A stretch of DNA of 64,000 nt from a virus, in IMG/VR virus record IMGVR_UViG_3300046484_000054, positions 1-64,000 of that record; one strand, 5' to 3'. The notes beneath the pieces were generated by a model. That model was given only the letters and a program-made list of their open reading frames with translations. It did not search any database and had not been told where the DNA came from. Positions 8,987 through 19,900 of this stretch are shown here, in pieces (positions within the stretch are counted from its first letter, which is position 1; each line of letters opens with the position of its first letter). The translations under genes and the position numbers were made by a program.

Positions 8987-10678
8987 ATGGCCTACGATCC
9001 GAATAATCTGTGGAATTACGGCACCAACTCTGGTGCAGTCCTTAACTTGGATGGCAGTTATACCTACGGCAACGGAACCGCCGCCACGAACAATGCGCGG
9101 AATTATGGCACCAACACTGGCGCAATTCCAACTTACGGCCCAAATGGTGCCATTTCGGGCTACAAATATGGCAGCAGCGGAGCCTCTGTTGCACTGGCCA
9201 ACACACAAGTTAATGTGCTCAAAAAGCCCACCTTGAACTCACAGGGTCAATGGGTATTGCCTGACACGGGGCTTCCAGCGCATGGCGCATACACCGACCC
9301 CGCGACCGGCCAAGTCGGCTATTATTCCAACGGCAAGTCGGTCACGAATCCCGGCGACATCGGAATTCAGACGCCAGTTTATACCCCCACAATCACGCCT
9401 AGACAGCCCCAAATCAATGCCGCCGCAGACGCCGCACTTGCAACGCAAACCGCCACGAGCGGAGAGGCTGCAAAATCGTTCGCTGATTATTTGGCACAGG
9501 CCAAGACCCTAAACGCACAGGGGGCAGTTCAGTTGACCAAAGACCAGGCGGCGATTGACCCGACGGCAACCATTGCGCGAGTGAATGCGGCGACTGCAAA
9601 AACAACCGCTGACTTAAACACCGCAAATCGCAATTACGCGACACAGCAACAGGGCGTTCAAGGACAGGTCGTGCAGGAAAATGTGGATTATTCCAAACAG
9701 GTTGCTGACAGGCTGGCCGCACTTGACGCGGAACAGGCTAATTACGAACAGAAGTCGCAGGCCGTCGCAGATCAGGCTTTCAATGCGGCCAAAGCTGGAA
9801 TTTCACTTTACCAGATGGGCAGTGGCACGCCGACGAGCGGCAGTGGAAATTTGTCGAACCGCTACATCCGGTCATACGATGCAATCAACGTTCCTTTGCA
9901 AGCACAGTTGTCCACCAATCGCTCGAACTTGATTAACCTTGGCCGGCAGACCGACCAACAACTTTATCAAAACAAGTTGAGCGAATTTGCCGGTCAAGCC
10001 GCGCTGAACACCGATTTGACAAACCGCGCGACCGACACAACCAAATACACCGGCAACCTCGACACAACGACCGCGCAGTATATTCAAGAGTTGATGAATC
10101 GAACAGCGGGCATGAGCCGCGCGATGGCCGCACAGTATTTGCAGCAGTTGGCAATCCCGTTTGATGTCGGCCAGCACATTTTGTCTGGCGACATCCAAAA
10201 TCTTGCGGGCATCCAAAACCTTTACAACGGGGCGAACTGGTATTCAGTGTCGCAACCTTACACCGGCGCGAATGTCCCACAACTGCCCGCATACAACGTC
10301 CAACAACCTCGCAGCAACGCGCCCGATGCGCGCAGTTATGCGCCAACGAATAGCACGGGAACCGGCGTTGATACCGGTGGGCAGGCGCAAAGCTATTATC
10401 CGTATCAGGTCGGCAGGACGTATCAAATCGGAAACTCGAATCTTCAGTATGCTGACAACGGTTTGTTCACAGACGGCGCTGGCAACTATTGGAATCAATA
10501 TGGGCAGGTTTCTTACACAAATCCGAACCGGAGTTATGCGCCGAACCCAAATCCTGGCGGTGTCAACATTCCGAGCCAAAACCCCGGCGGACAGGAAATA
10601 AGTTATTACGACAATACAGGTGTAACCGCCCCAATCTCAGACGCTCAATGGTATTTCGATCAAGCCAGCGGATCTTAA
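8987..10678 (+). CDS. low-complexity N/Q/A/T/G/Y-rich virion-type protein (563 aa)
   Basis: Long ORF, tight spacing, composition typical of internal or ejection proteins; no catalytic motif seen. Confidence 0.6.
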   Translation: MAYDPNNLWNYGTNSGAVLNLDGSYTYGNGTAATNNARNYGTNTGAIPTYGPNGAISGYKYGSSGASVALANTQVNVLKKPTLNSQGQWVLPDTGLPAHGAYTDPATGQVGYYSNGKSVTNPGDIGIQTPVYTPTITPRQPQINAAADAALATQTATSGEAAKSFADYLAQAKTLNAQGAVQLTKDQAAIDPTATIARVNAATAKTTADLNTANRNYATQQQGVQGQVVQENVDYSKQVADRLAALDAEQANYEQKSQAVADQAFNAAKAGISLYQMGSGTPTSGSGNLSNRYIRSYDAINVPLQAQLSTNRSNLINLGRQTDQQLYQNKLSEFAGQAALNTDLTNRATDTTKYTGNLDTTTAQYIQELMNRTAGMSRAMAAQYLQQLAIPFDVGQHILSGDIQNLAGIQNLYNGANWYSVSQPYTGANVPQLPAYNVQQPRSNAPDARSYAPTNSTGTGVDTGGQAQSYYPYQVGRTYQIGNSNLQYADNGLFTDGAGNYWNQYGQVSYTNPNRSYAPNPNPGGVNIPSQNPGGQEISYYDNTGVTAPISDAQWYFDQASGS

Positions 10679-10682
10679 TTTT

Positions 10683-11711
10683 ATGGCACAACTCATCTAT
10701 GGAAGCGGCCCCGACCAACTGATGCAGGCGCAACAGTTTTACGACCAATACAATCTTGGCGCGAACGAATCCAACCGCAACGCCTATATGCGGACGCAGC
10801 AGGAATCCGTTGATGCACAGAATCGGCAGAATGAGGCAGACCGTCGCGCATGGCAGGCGCAGGCAGATGCTCAAGCGAATGCGGCGGGTGCAGCTTCAAC
10901 ACGTGATTGGAATACGAGTCAAGCAGCACTTGAACGCGCTTCGCGCACCAACGACCTCATCATCGGCAAGGCGGCGCAGGATGCTGACAAATCGAACCAG
11001 ATTTTTAACGAGGCTGCGAAGTTGGCGGACAAGGGAATTTTAAGCGACGAGGCGGTGAACACCTACGCCGGATTGCTCTCACCTGAACAACTTCATCGCT
11101 TGCGGCTCATCAATGACTCGGTGAAGCAGCAGGTTGACGCCGCGACCGCAAATCAAAACGCTCCGATTATTGCCGCCAGTCAGGAGGGACAGAAAACTGC
11201 CGACATGTTGAACTCTCCCATTTACGGCAGGATGGTGGCTGATACCACAGCAACGCCACTGCCTGTCAGTTCAGCATTTACGAAGGTGTTTGCGGGAGTG
11301 AACCCCGACGCCATCATTGCTCCCTCGCAGCACGCCATTGATTTCCGCACCCGTCTTGCAAATGAAGTGACCAATGCTGGAAAGGCGAACAGTTTAATCA
11401 CCGCCGCCAATCCTATTACTGGAAGGTTTTCGCCCGCTGTTCCAATGCCCGCCACCTCTGGCACCGGCACGTCTCCGATTGTGCCAAATGTTGCCGCGCC
11501 GGTTCCTCAACCACTTCCAACCCCAATGCCGCCAGCCGCAGCCGCGCCGATTGCACCGGCTTACGATCCGAATAGAACGCCCGCATCGCCAACCCCGAAA
11601 CAAAAACCGACTCGCGCAGTTGCGGCGGCTTATGTCAAAAAATTAGGATTGCAAAAGGCCATCGCAGCAATGCAAGCTGATGGTTACGACACCACCGGAT
11701 ACGCAGACTGA
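10683..11711 (+). CDS. low-complexity Q/A-rich, Pro-rich-tail protein (342 aa)
   Basis: ORF track; coiled-coil-like Q/A/N/D N-terminal half and PxP-rich C-terminus. Confidence 0.6.
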   Translation: MAQLIYGSGPDQLMQAQQFYDQYNLGANESNRNAYMRTQQESVDAQNRQNEADRRAWQAQADAQANAAGAASTRDWNTSQAALERASRTNDLIIGKAAQDADKSNQIFNEAAKLADKGILSDEAVNTYAGLLSPEQLHRLRLINDSVKQQVDAATANQNAPIIAASQEGQKTADMLNSPIYGRMVADTTATPLPVSSAFTKVFAGVNPDAIIAPSQHAIDFRTRLANEVTNAGKANSLITAANPITGRFSPAVPMPATSGTGTSPIVPNVAAPVPQPLPTPMPPAAAAPIAPAYDPNRTPASPTPKQKPTRAVAAAYVKKLGLQKAIAAMQADGYDTTGYAD

Positions 11712-11718
11712 TGACACC

Positions 11719-14700
11719 ATGCCCAACACACTTGATGATCCGCTTGAACTTGAGGGTCAATCTGATTCCAACCCTCAAAATGATCCGCTTGGAATTGAAG
11801 CACAGTCTGACCCGTTCCAAATCCAACCCCTGATTATCCCGCGTAGGACTCCGCTGGTAAATCCGCTTGGCAAGGAACCGGCTCCAGGCGAGGGTGCGGC
11901 TCTGGTAAAGAATACTGCCCAAGAACTTTGGTCAACGCGAAATCAGGGCATCGTCTCCCCTGAAGATGTCCCCACCGGAGCCGAGATGACGACAAGCACT
12001 GGAATTCCTAAAATCGCCACCATTCCCGCGAGTGCGATTGCAAAACTTGGCGCAGGATTCGTCGGCTATGTCACTTCGCCGGAAGGCGCCGCGATGACGG
12101 TGGGAGCAGCCACACCCGCCGCCCCCGCCGTCTTTGCGAAGTGGGCTTACGATATGCTCAAAGGCGGCTACGCGAGCATGACTGACGCGGTTGACGCCGT
12201 TGGTCAGAAAATCAATGATGCTTTCAGCCGGAAGATGTTCAGCGCAAATGCGCTTGGAAAGCCGCAGGAACAACCGCACGACGAATTTGTTCAAAGGCTC
12301 GCCGAAGATGCGGTAAATGCGGCTGGTATGATTATCGGCGGTGTTGGAGCAGCCAAGCAGTCAATTTCAAAAGCGGTTGAGATTGCCAAACCAGTTTTGC
12401 AGCCAGTTCAACCAATAACCACAGGAGAAAATTATGCCAGCGACATCACAAGCCCAGAGGGGATTCCTAGCCAACAAGTTCGGCCCGGCGTGGATGAAAC
12501 TCCACCACTTCGACAACAAGGGGAAGTTACCGGAACACGTCCCCCAGTCAACACACCGCAACAACGCCCAAGTCCGCAACCGACCGCGCCAGTCAATGAA
12601 CCTGCACCACCACCCCAACAGCCGGTCGTAGCGCCGGTCGTCTATCGTGGCTTCCAACAGGGATACGGTGAGTTGCCCGGCCAGCATCTTTACAACCTGA
12701 CCGCCGACATCCCCGGCACGGCGTTCGCCAAGGGAAGCACCGTCACCCGAAACAGCCTTGAGCAAGCGGGTTTCACCATTCCGCCAGTGGAGGCCGAAAA
12801 GGAAATTGCACCATCTTCGGAACCGGCCAAAGTAGTTCCTAGTTCTGTTCAGGTTATTACGCAAACACAACAACCCGCGCCAGTCGAACCTTCCCCGGCT
12901 CCTTCGGCTGGCGCGGCTTCAACCCCCTTACTTCCAAAGGGCGCTGATGTCCTGCGCGGCGAAACGGTTTATGTGGATGGGAAACCAGTCAAAGTCGAAG
13001 GCTATGACAATTCGGGTAGGGTTTGGACGCGGAACCCAGAAACCGGAATGGACGATGTTGAAATAACCGGAAGATACACAAAACAACTTCCAACACCCCC
13101 CGCCGAAGCCAAACCCGCTGCTCCGGCGCAGGCGGGGGCGAGAGAGGCATGGCAGATGACGAGAGCGGAATACCATGACCAGTTTCCGAGAACCGAAGCC
13201 CCCAAAGTCCAGACAGAATCAGAACTGAACACCATACTCAAAGACGAGGCGAAAGCACTTGAGAAATCTGGCGACATAACGATTGAAAAAACAAAAGGTG
13301 GGCAAAATTTCAGAGCCAAAACGGACGCTGGAAGAAAGTGGATTGCTGATGCTCAAAAGAGGTCATTCGACAGACTGACGAATGCCGGGATGAGCGCAGG
13401 AATAAAAGCCAACGAAGCCGCGACAATAGCAGGCGAGGCATCCAGCCACAAAATTGCAATCCAAGAGGCGATTCGAGCGGGCGAAACAATTCCCCCCGAA
13501 GTCCTAGCCGACTATCCTGATTTACAAGCGCGTGTCGTTCAAAAAGAAAACGTAGCAGGACGCGATACTCCCGTTAAACCAGCGGGAGAAGTCGAAACGC
13601 CGGGTTCACGTCCGGCCACGCAGCCCGCTGCTCCGGCGCAGGAGGGGGTGAAGCCACTGGCAAATAAAATCACAATGGGAAGTCCCGGAAGCTCAATAAA
13701 AGTCCGGGAATTTTTAGCAAAGCATGGTTATTCAAATGATGACGCAACGCTGATGCTATCAGGGGCGAAAGCGGGCGGTGAGGGAACATTTGAACACGAC
13801 GATGGAAGTCCCGCCGCAAAAGTCATTTTGAACCGAGATGGGAAGAATTATTCAGTTGAAATTTATCCTGAACCAAGTGGAAAACCAACCCCACCCCCCT
13901 TGCCATCCGTGGTGAAGCCGGAAGGGGCGCATGATGTCTATTCAATAAAATCTGCCGGAGGCAATCAGGATGTTCGCATTTCAGTTGACCCGTCTGGAAA
14001 GGTTTCAGGTGGTGCTGGCTTAATCGGCTATGCGGCAAAAGATGGCGGAACTCTTTACGGTGAAGATTTGGTGGGTAAAAATCTCAAGGACGTTCAAAAG
14101 GATTTCCCATCATTCAAAAAACAAACCTACAAAGTTGACCCCAAAACTTTTGAAATAGTTAAGAAAGTTCCCCCCGAACCAGTGGCGAAAGAGCCAACCT
14201 CCGCCCAAGACAAAGCTTTCGAGGTGGCAGGAGCAGCCTCACGCCACGCATGGGAAGCGGACACGGTAAAGGCTCACCAGAACGCCATCAAGTTTCACGA
14301 GGCGGCAAAGGCGGCTGGAAATGATGCGGAGTATCACGATGAAATGATTGCTAACCATCGTCGTGCCATCGCCAATCTTAAAAAAGGATTTCCCGGTAGA
14401 GAACCAGCGACCGGGGAACTGCGCGGAGAGCCAACCCCCGCCGTGAAGCAGGAGGGGGCGAAGCCAAAAACGAAAGCCGTCCAAGAACGTGAAGCCAAGG
14501 CATCAAAAGCCGCGCAAAGCATCATTGATTTCGTCACTTCCAAAGAAGCTGGAACAAGCACGCTTTCTGACCGCACTTTCAAGAAGGCGATGGAGTCAAC
14601 TTACTCCACGATGGCAACGCACGCGCACAACCTGGGACTTGAAGTTCCAAAGCTCGGCACATACTTCGCAGAAGGAGAATACCGCAAATCCGCAGAGCGC

Positions 14701-15000
14701 GTTCTTCAACAACTTCGACCTGAAGCTAAACCCCCCTCTCCCGCTCCGGTGGCTGCTCCAACTGTTGCAAAACCCGCAACAGTTGCGGAACCCATCTCCG
14801 CCATCCCCAAAAAAGGTCTGCCCGGCACTTCTGAAGATTACCAAATCGCCAAAGAAATTGGCTACCGGACGGCAAAAGCGTTTGAGCGTGATTACACGAA
14901 AAATGCGGCCAGCGAGGTCAAGGAAAGTCGGTCTGAATTTGCCAAGAGAAGGTTTTGCTCGGAAACGGTTCCTGTCGGAAGGGCGGTGTTGAGTGAGTAA
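11719..15000 (+). CDS. large Pro/Ala/Glu/Lys-rich virion-type protein (about 1093 aa)
   Basis: ATG MPNTLDD 8 nt after the upstream stop; long disordered P/A/E/K-rich tracts. Confidence 0.6.
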   Translation: MPNTLDDPLELEGQSDSNPQNDPLGIEAQSDPFQIQPLIIPRRTPLVNPLGKEPAPGEGAALVKNTAQELWSTRNQGIVSPEDVPTGAEMTTSTGIPKIATIPASAIAKLGAGFVGYVTSPEGAAMTVGAATPAAPAVFAKWAYDMLKGGYASMTDAVDAVGQKINDAFSRKMFSANALGKPQEQPHDEFVQRLAEDAVNAAGMIIGGVGAAKQSISKAVEIAKPVLQPVQPITTGENYASDITSPEGIPSQQVRPGVDETPPLRQQGEVTGTRPPVNTPQQRPSPQPTAPVNEPAPPPQQPVVAPVVYRGFQQGYGELPGQHLYNLTADIPGTAFAKGSTVTRNSLEQAGFTIPPVEAEKEIAPSSEPAKVVPSSVQVITQTQQPAPVEPSPAPSAGAASTPLLPKGADVLRGETVYVDGKPVKVEGYDNSGRVWTRNPETGMDDVEITGRYTKQLPTPPAEAKPAAPAQAGAREAWQMTRAEYHDQFPRTEAPKVQTESELNTILKDEAKALEKSGDITIEKTKGGQNFRAKTDAGRKWIADAQKRSFDRLTNAGMSAGIKANEAATIAGEASSHKIAIQEAIRAGETIPPEVLADYPDLQARVVQKENVAGRDTPVKPAGEVETPGSRPATQPAAPAQEGVKPLANKITMGSPGSSIKVREFLAKHGYSNDDATLMLSGAKAGGEGTFEHDDGSPAAKVILNRDGKNYSVEIYPEPSGKPTPPPLPSVVKPEGAHDVYSIKSAGGNQDVRISVDPSGKVSGGAGLIGYAAKDGGTLYGEDLVGKNLKDVQKDFPSFKKQTYKVDPKTFEIVKKVPPEPVAKEPTSAQDKAFEVAGAASRHAWEADTVKAHQNAIKFHEAAKAAGNDAEYHDEMIANHRRAIANLKKGFPGREPATGELRGEPTPAVKQEGAKPKTKAVQEREAKASKAAQSIIDFVTSKEAGTSTLSDRTFKKAMESTYSTMATHAHNLGLEVPKLGTYFAEGEYRKSAERVLQQLRPEAKPPSPAPVAAPTVAKPATVAEPISAIPKKGLPGTSEDYQIAKEIGYRTAKAFERDYTKNAASEVKESRSEFAKRRFCSETVPVGRAVLSE

Positions 15001-15141
15001 AGACGCACCTCCTTTCCTCGTCCGCACGCCGGTCAAGGTTGACACCGCCGCCATTGCCGTCCAGCTTTCCATTCTCAAAACCGAACGCGAGAAGCAGAAA
15101 CCGAAACGAGAGCCGAAAGTTTTCAAAGCCAAATTGCCATG
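14993..15141 (+). CDS. possible small basic protein (49 aa, GTG start)
   Basis: Below the track threshold. Read by hand: VSKDAPPFLVRTPVKVDTAAIAVQLSILKTEREKQKPKREPKVFKAKLP. Overlap-coupled to both neighbours. Confidence 0.3.
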
Positions 15142-15525
15142 AGCCACATTCCTAAAATCATAATCAAGCTGATTGGCCACCCAAATCAGAGAATGCGGGG
15201 AGAGATTGGAGATTGGTTTTATGACAAAGAAGATGACACGCTCACCATCTTCGTCAGCCGGATGGATGATTGGCGATCTGAATTGGGTGTGGCCGTCCAT
15301 GAGGCGTTTGAATCGGCTGCCTGTATCGCTGCCGGAATTGACCAGACCGATGTTGACGCTTGGGACAAGCAGTTCCACGAACAGAACTCGAAGGGCGAGG
15401 CCGGGGACTGTATCGGAGCACCTTATGCCTCGCAACACAAATCTGCGACTGCTATTGAGCGAATCGTCTGCCAGCAACTCGACCTTGACTGGAGAAAACA
15501 TGAAGGAAATTGCGAAAATGCCTGA
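15139..15525 (+). CDS. hypothetical protein (128 aa)
   Basis: ORF track; acidic; contains VHEAFES, which is not a canonical HExxH. Confidence 0.45.
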   Translation: MSHIPKIIIKLIGHPNQRMRGEIGDWFYDKEDDTLTIFVSRMDDWRSELGVAVHEAFESAACIAAGIDQTDVDAWDKQFHEQNSKGEAGDCIGAPYASQHKSATAIERIVCQQLDLDWRKHEGNCENA

Positions 15526-16831
15526 AGATTTCTCAACCAAGCGCGTGCTCGTCTGGGACACCGGCAACCAGACGTTGCTCGCCCGTCGTCTTGGCGAGTT
15601 CTTCGGCGAGTGCCTTTACTTCAAATCTTGGCAGCAAGGCTCACCGACGATGCTCGATGTCGTCGTGGGCGCGGATTATGAGAACGTGACGCGAATCAAG
15701 AACGTCTGGGATTGGGTGGACAAGTGTGATCTCATAGTGTTCCCCGATTGTCTCAACGGCGACCTCCAACTTTACCTTGAATCGAAGGGCAAAAGAATTT
15801 GGGGCGCGCGGCGCGGTTCTGACTTGGAACTCGACCGCATTGGCGCGAAGAAAATCCTCAAAGATGCCGGATTGCCGGTGAATCCTTTTCGCGTCATTCA
15901 GGGCGTGGACAAGCTGCGTGAGGAAATCAAGCGGAGCGACAACCTGTTCGTGAAAATATCAACTTTCCGTGGTGACATGGAATCATTTCCGGGCATGGGC
16001 ACAATTCTCACAGAATCGCGGCTGGATGAGTTGGCCTTCCGTCTTGGCTCGGTCAAGAATGATGCGACGTTTCTCGTCGAGGACGGCATTGATACTAGCA
16101 CGGAGGTCGGCTACGACGGAATCAATGTGTTTGGCCAGTGGCCGAAAACTGGATGTATGCAAGGCTACGAGGTGAAGGATGCCGGCCTGCTCGGAGTCGT
16201 CATGGACTACAAGGATTTGCCGGAAGAAGTTCGGGTGGTGAATGACGGCGTTGCTCCGTTCTTAAAAAAGAGCCGTTACGCCGGCAACTTCTCATCTGAA
16301 ATCAGGGTCAAGGGCAAGACGCCTTACGCCATTGATTTCACCTGCCGGGTTCCTACGCCCTCTGGTGAAATCCAAATCATCAACACTAAGAATATCGCGG
16401 AGGTAATGTATCGCGGCGCGGTCGGTGAATTGGTTGACCCCGAACCGGAGTTCAAATATGGCGCGGAGGCAATGGTCTATTCTGACTGGGGCCATCGTCA
16501 TTGGCTGAACGTCGAAGTTGACCCCGCTACGGAGCAGTTCATCACCTTTTTCAACTCGCTGAATCTGGATGAAAACCATGAAGCGATTGTGCCGGTCATG
16601 CAGGAAATTGCCGTGCTGACCAATGAAGTTGGAGCGGTCGTCGGACTTGGAAACACCATCGAAGAAGCCATCAATCATTTGAAGGAGAACGCGGAGGGTA
16701 TCAAGGGCATGGGAGTTGAAATCCGCATTGACTCGCTGGCAAAAGCGATTCAGGAAATTGACCACGCGCAAAAGTTGGGGATGAAGTTCTCCGACAAGCC
16801 TTTGCCAAAACCAGAAATTGCGCTAACCTGA
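15500..16831 (+). CDS. ATP-grasp-fold enzyme (about 443 aa)
   Basis: MKEIAK start. Pre-ATP-grasp-like N-domain, then KKILKDAGLPV..., FVKISTFRGDMES..., FLVEDGI... and AIDFTCRVPTPSGE resemble the ATP-grasp lid and core motifs. Confidence 0.6.
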   Translation: MKEIAKMPEDFSTKRVLVWDTGNQTLLARRLGEFFGECLYFKSWQQGSPTMLDVVVGADYENVTRIKNVWDWVDKCDLIVFPDCLNGDLQLYLESKGKRIWGARRGSDLELDRIGAKKILKDAGLPVNPFRVIQGVDKLREEIKRSDNLFVKISTFRGDMESFPGMGTILTESRLDELAFRLGSVKNDATFLVEDGIDTSTEVGYDGINVFGQWPKTGCMQGYEVKDAGLLGVVMDYKDLPEEVRVVNDGVAPFLKKSRYAGNFSSEIRVKGKTPYAIDFTCRVPTPSGEIQIINTKNIAEVMYRGAVGELVDPEPEFKYGAEAMVYSDWGHRHWLNVEVDPATEQFITFFNSLNLDENHEAIVPVMQEIAVLTNEVGAVVGLGNTIEEAINHLKENAEGIKGMGVEIRIDSLAKAIQEIDHAQKLGMKFSDKPLPKPEIALT

Positions 16832-16835
16832 TTTT

Positions 16836-16976
16836 ATGGCCGCTCGCAAAAAAAGAAAAATTAAAGCAATGAAGCAACCTCAAACCGACAAATTCATTGT
16901 CGTTAAAGCACCTCCGCTAAAGGGTGTTATTTGTGGTTTTGGGGTTGCGCTTTGCCCAAGGTGGAATTGTAAATAA
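16836..16976 (+). CDS. possible small basic protein (46 aa)
   Basis: Hand-read ORF MAARKKRKIKAMKQPQTDKF... that fills the 148-nt gap and ends 3 nt before the giant ORF. Confidence 0.3.
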   Translation: MAARKKRKIKAMKQPQTDKFIVVKAPPLKGVICGFGVALCPRWNCK

Positions 16977-16979
16977 TTT

Positions 16980-19900
16980 ATGCCAATCCTCTGCCCACCA
17001 AAAAACGAGGCTTGGAAAAGCCTCGTGGATAGCCTTGGCGACGAGCGGCACGCATACGTTGCATTTTTCAGAAATGGCGACAAGCTTCCCGACTTGGCCA
17101 CGGCTACAAAGTTGTTGGGGCCGATTCCAGAAAAGCCCTCCTCATCGGCTATCAAGGATTTAGACACCGGAGAAGTCTGGTCAGGCGAGCCGACGCACGG
17201 ACTGTTGCACGACAAAATTCCAAACATGAATTCCCGCCGCTTGGAGGCGGGATTTATGACCAACAGGGGGAATTACTGGACGCAGGCACAAGCGGAATCC
17301 GCAACTGGATTCTCCTCCGGTGAAGAATTATTTGTAATGAGCGACAAGCAGCGCAAGGCTTGGAGAAAAACTCAAGCCGAAGTTGCTGCGGCTGACCAGC
17401 CACAACCCGTCCAGCCAAAAACTGTCCAAAGCCCAATTGAAGTCCTGTCCACCGCAAATCAGGTTCACATCAAAGCCCCACGCGGAGCCACAGCCATTCG
17501 TGCAACGCTTCCTGATGGCCGCTCAACCGTTGTCTATCTGCAAGGCGACCAAAGCATCAATAAAGGCGGCAATACGCTTAAATTTGAAGCGGGCGAGAAA
17601 TGGGCAAAAATCGAAGCTGGAACGATAGCAAGTTCTGGCACGGCCAAAGGCAGATTCAAGAAACTTGAAGGCGACTTGGCCGACCAAGTGACGGTTGAGG
17701 ATAGGAGCAAATCAAATGAAAATGACAAGAAACCGACTAATGAGGTGGCAGGCAGAACTATACAAGGTGGGGGTGACGGTCAACGTAGATTACCCGCCGC
17801 CAACCCTGCTGGAGAGGTTGGGGGATTGGTGGTGGAGCCTGCGGCAAACCTCGGCGCAGGACTCAAAACTGGCGAAGGAATGTCTGTGGGCGAGGTGCGC
17901 TCCGCCATCTCCGGCCAAAACACCGCAGGATTTGGAGTCGAAGTCATCTCAAAAGACGATGCCGTAAAATTGACTGGCAGGAATGAAGCCGCTGGCTACG
18001 GCGGATTCTTCTACAACGGCAAAATCTACTTGGTCGCAGATAACGTAGCGCCCAGACGTATCAACGAGTTACACCAACTTTTGCGCGAGGAGGTCGGCCA
18101 CGGTCTTTTGAGGACATCGGAAGGCACGCGACAGCTTCAGGCTGTATTGGATGCCGGGAAATTGAATCTGACTGACGCAGAGAAATCCGCGCTGCGTGCG
18201 AAGGGCTATCAGGAGCACCAGTTGCTCGACGAGTTCATCGCCAAATCAGCCGCCGAGAATCGTCCGTGGTGGACAAAGGCCGTTGACCAAGTTCGCGTCT
18301 GGCTCTCGAAAGTCGGATTGGCGAATCTGACCAACGACGAGGTTGCTCGGTTGCTCATCAAAAATATACGGAGGGCGACGAGTGGGGTTGAGGATTTTTC
18401 AAATGCCATTGGCCTTCCTCGAATTGCCGCGAATTACGAACAGGTTGACAGCCCCAATTTCAAGAAGTGGTTTGGCGATTCAAAGGTGGTTGACGATAAG
18501 GGCAACCCGCTCGTTGTTTTTCACGGCACGGCGGGAGATTTCTACGAGTTTAATAAAGGCATTGCGTTCTTTACCCCAAGCCGAGCAGCAGCGGCTGATT
18601 ACATGGAGCGGTCAATTTTCAGCCAGCATGATGTGGAACTTCCGCAGGACGTTAATTCGGTTGATGAACTTGGCCGAGTCGGAATTCAGCAAATCGCGGA
18701 TGAGGAAGGAATTGACCTCACCAAAGGAAAAATAGTTCCCACCTTTCTCTCAATAAAAAAACCGCTCGACCTGACTAGACTGGGGCCGAACTTTGATCCT
18801 AAATACGACTGGGACGAATTGCACAAACTTGGAATCGTTGAAGAAAAGTGGGGTAGCCTTGATGAAGATGCTAAAATGGAGGTTCAGGATGAGTTTGGGG
18901 ATAAGGCAATTTGGAATTTCCTTGATTCGGAGGGTCACGACAAAATCCAAAAATTGGGATACGACGGCGTTATTTTCGACGACGTTGACATGGCTGGAAA
19001 GACCCACACCAGTTATGCGGTTTTTGAACCGACGCAAATAAAATCTGCGACAGATAATGTTGGCGCGTTCGATGCGACAAATCCCGACATCCGCGCAGGC
19101 GAACCCATTCCACCCGAAGGTGCCGACGAGACGCCGACCAATCCCGACGACTTGCTCGTGCGCCAAATCGGGTCGAAGAAATACACCATGCCCGGCCCTG
19201 CGACATTCCCCAAGGGCGGCTTGGCCAAGGCAAATCTTGAGGTCGAGGCTTTCCTTCGCAAAATCGGCATCCCCTTCACCCCCGCAGACGCGGAAAACCA
19301 GTTAAACGTCGGCAGGCTCGATTTAAGCCAGTCATTCGGCCAAGGTGAATATGACGCCGAGGGTCGCGCGTTGCTCAAGGAACTCATTCGCACAATTGAG
19401 ACGCCCAAAGAAAATCCCGAACAAATGGCCTACGCCGGTCAACTGGCTCGGTTCGTCAATTACAATGTTGACCCCCAAGGCGGCTGGTTCAAGTTGATGA
19501 ACCGCGATACTGCCAACCAGATCATCGGCGTTTCGGCCAATGTTGGAAGTGAGGCGGGAACGATGCTCCGCGCCATCAGGGGAATCCCACACGATTTACT
19601 ATCCGTCGCCGCCAATCTCCCGGTTTTCTTGCAGAAGATTTACCAAAAGGCATTCAATGGGGACGCTGTGGATTCGTTCGTCCGCAAAGTCCTCACCGCG
19701 TTGGGTAAAGATTTCACCGACGCCGACTTGAACGAGATAGCCAATTCGCATCCGGCGCAGGAAAAGTTGGTCAAAGAAATCATGGATGCCAATGCGAAGG
19801 ACAGTGGTGGGCAGGTTTATAGGCTCGTCCAGCAGGCGCTCAAACCGAAGAATGCGAAAAAACTTTCCGAGATGGAAAGAAATGCCAAGAACCGCGAGGC

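Noticed and set aside
14596-15567. 323-aa ORF on the - strand
   Set aside because: It is antisense to the end of the 1093-aa protein and to the 128-aa and ATP-grasp genes. Its composition is shadow-like and it has no neighbours on that strand.
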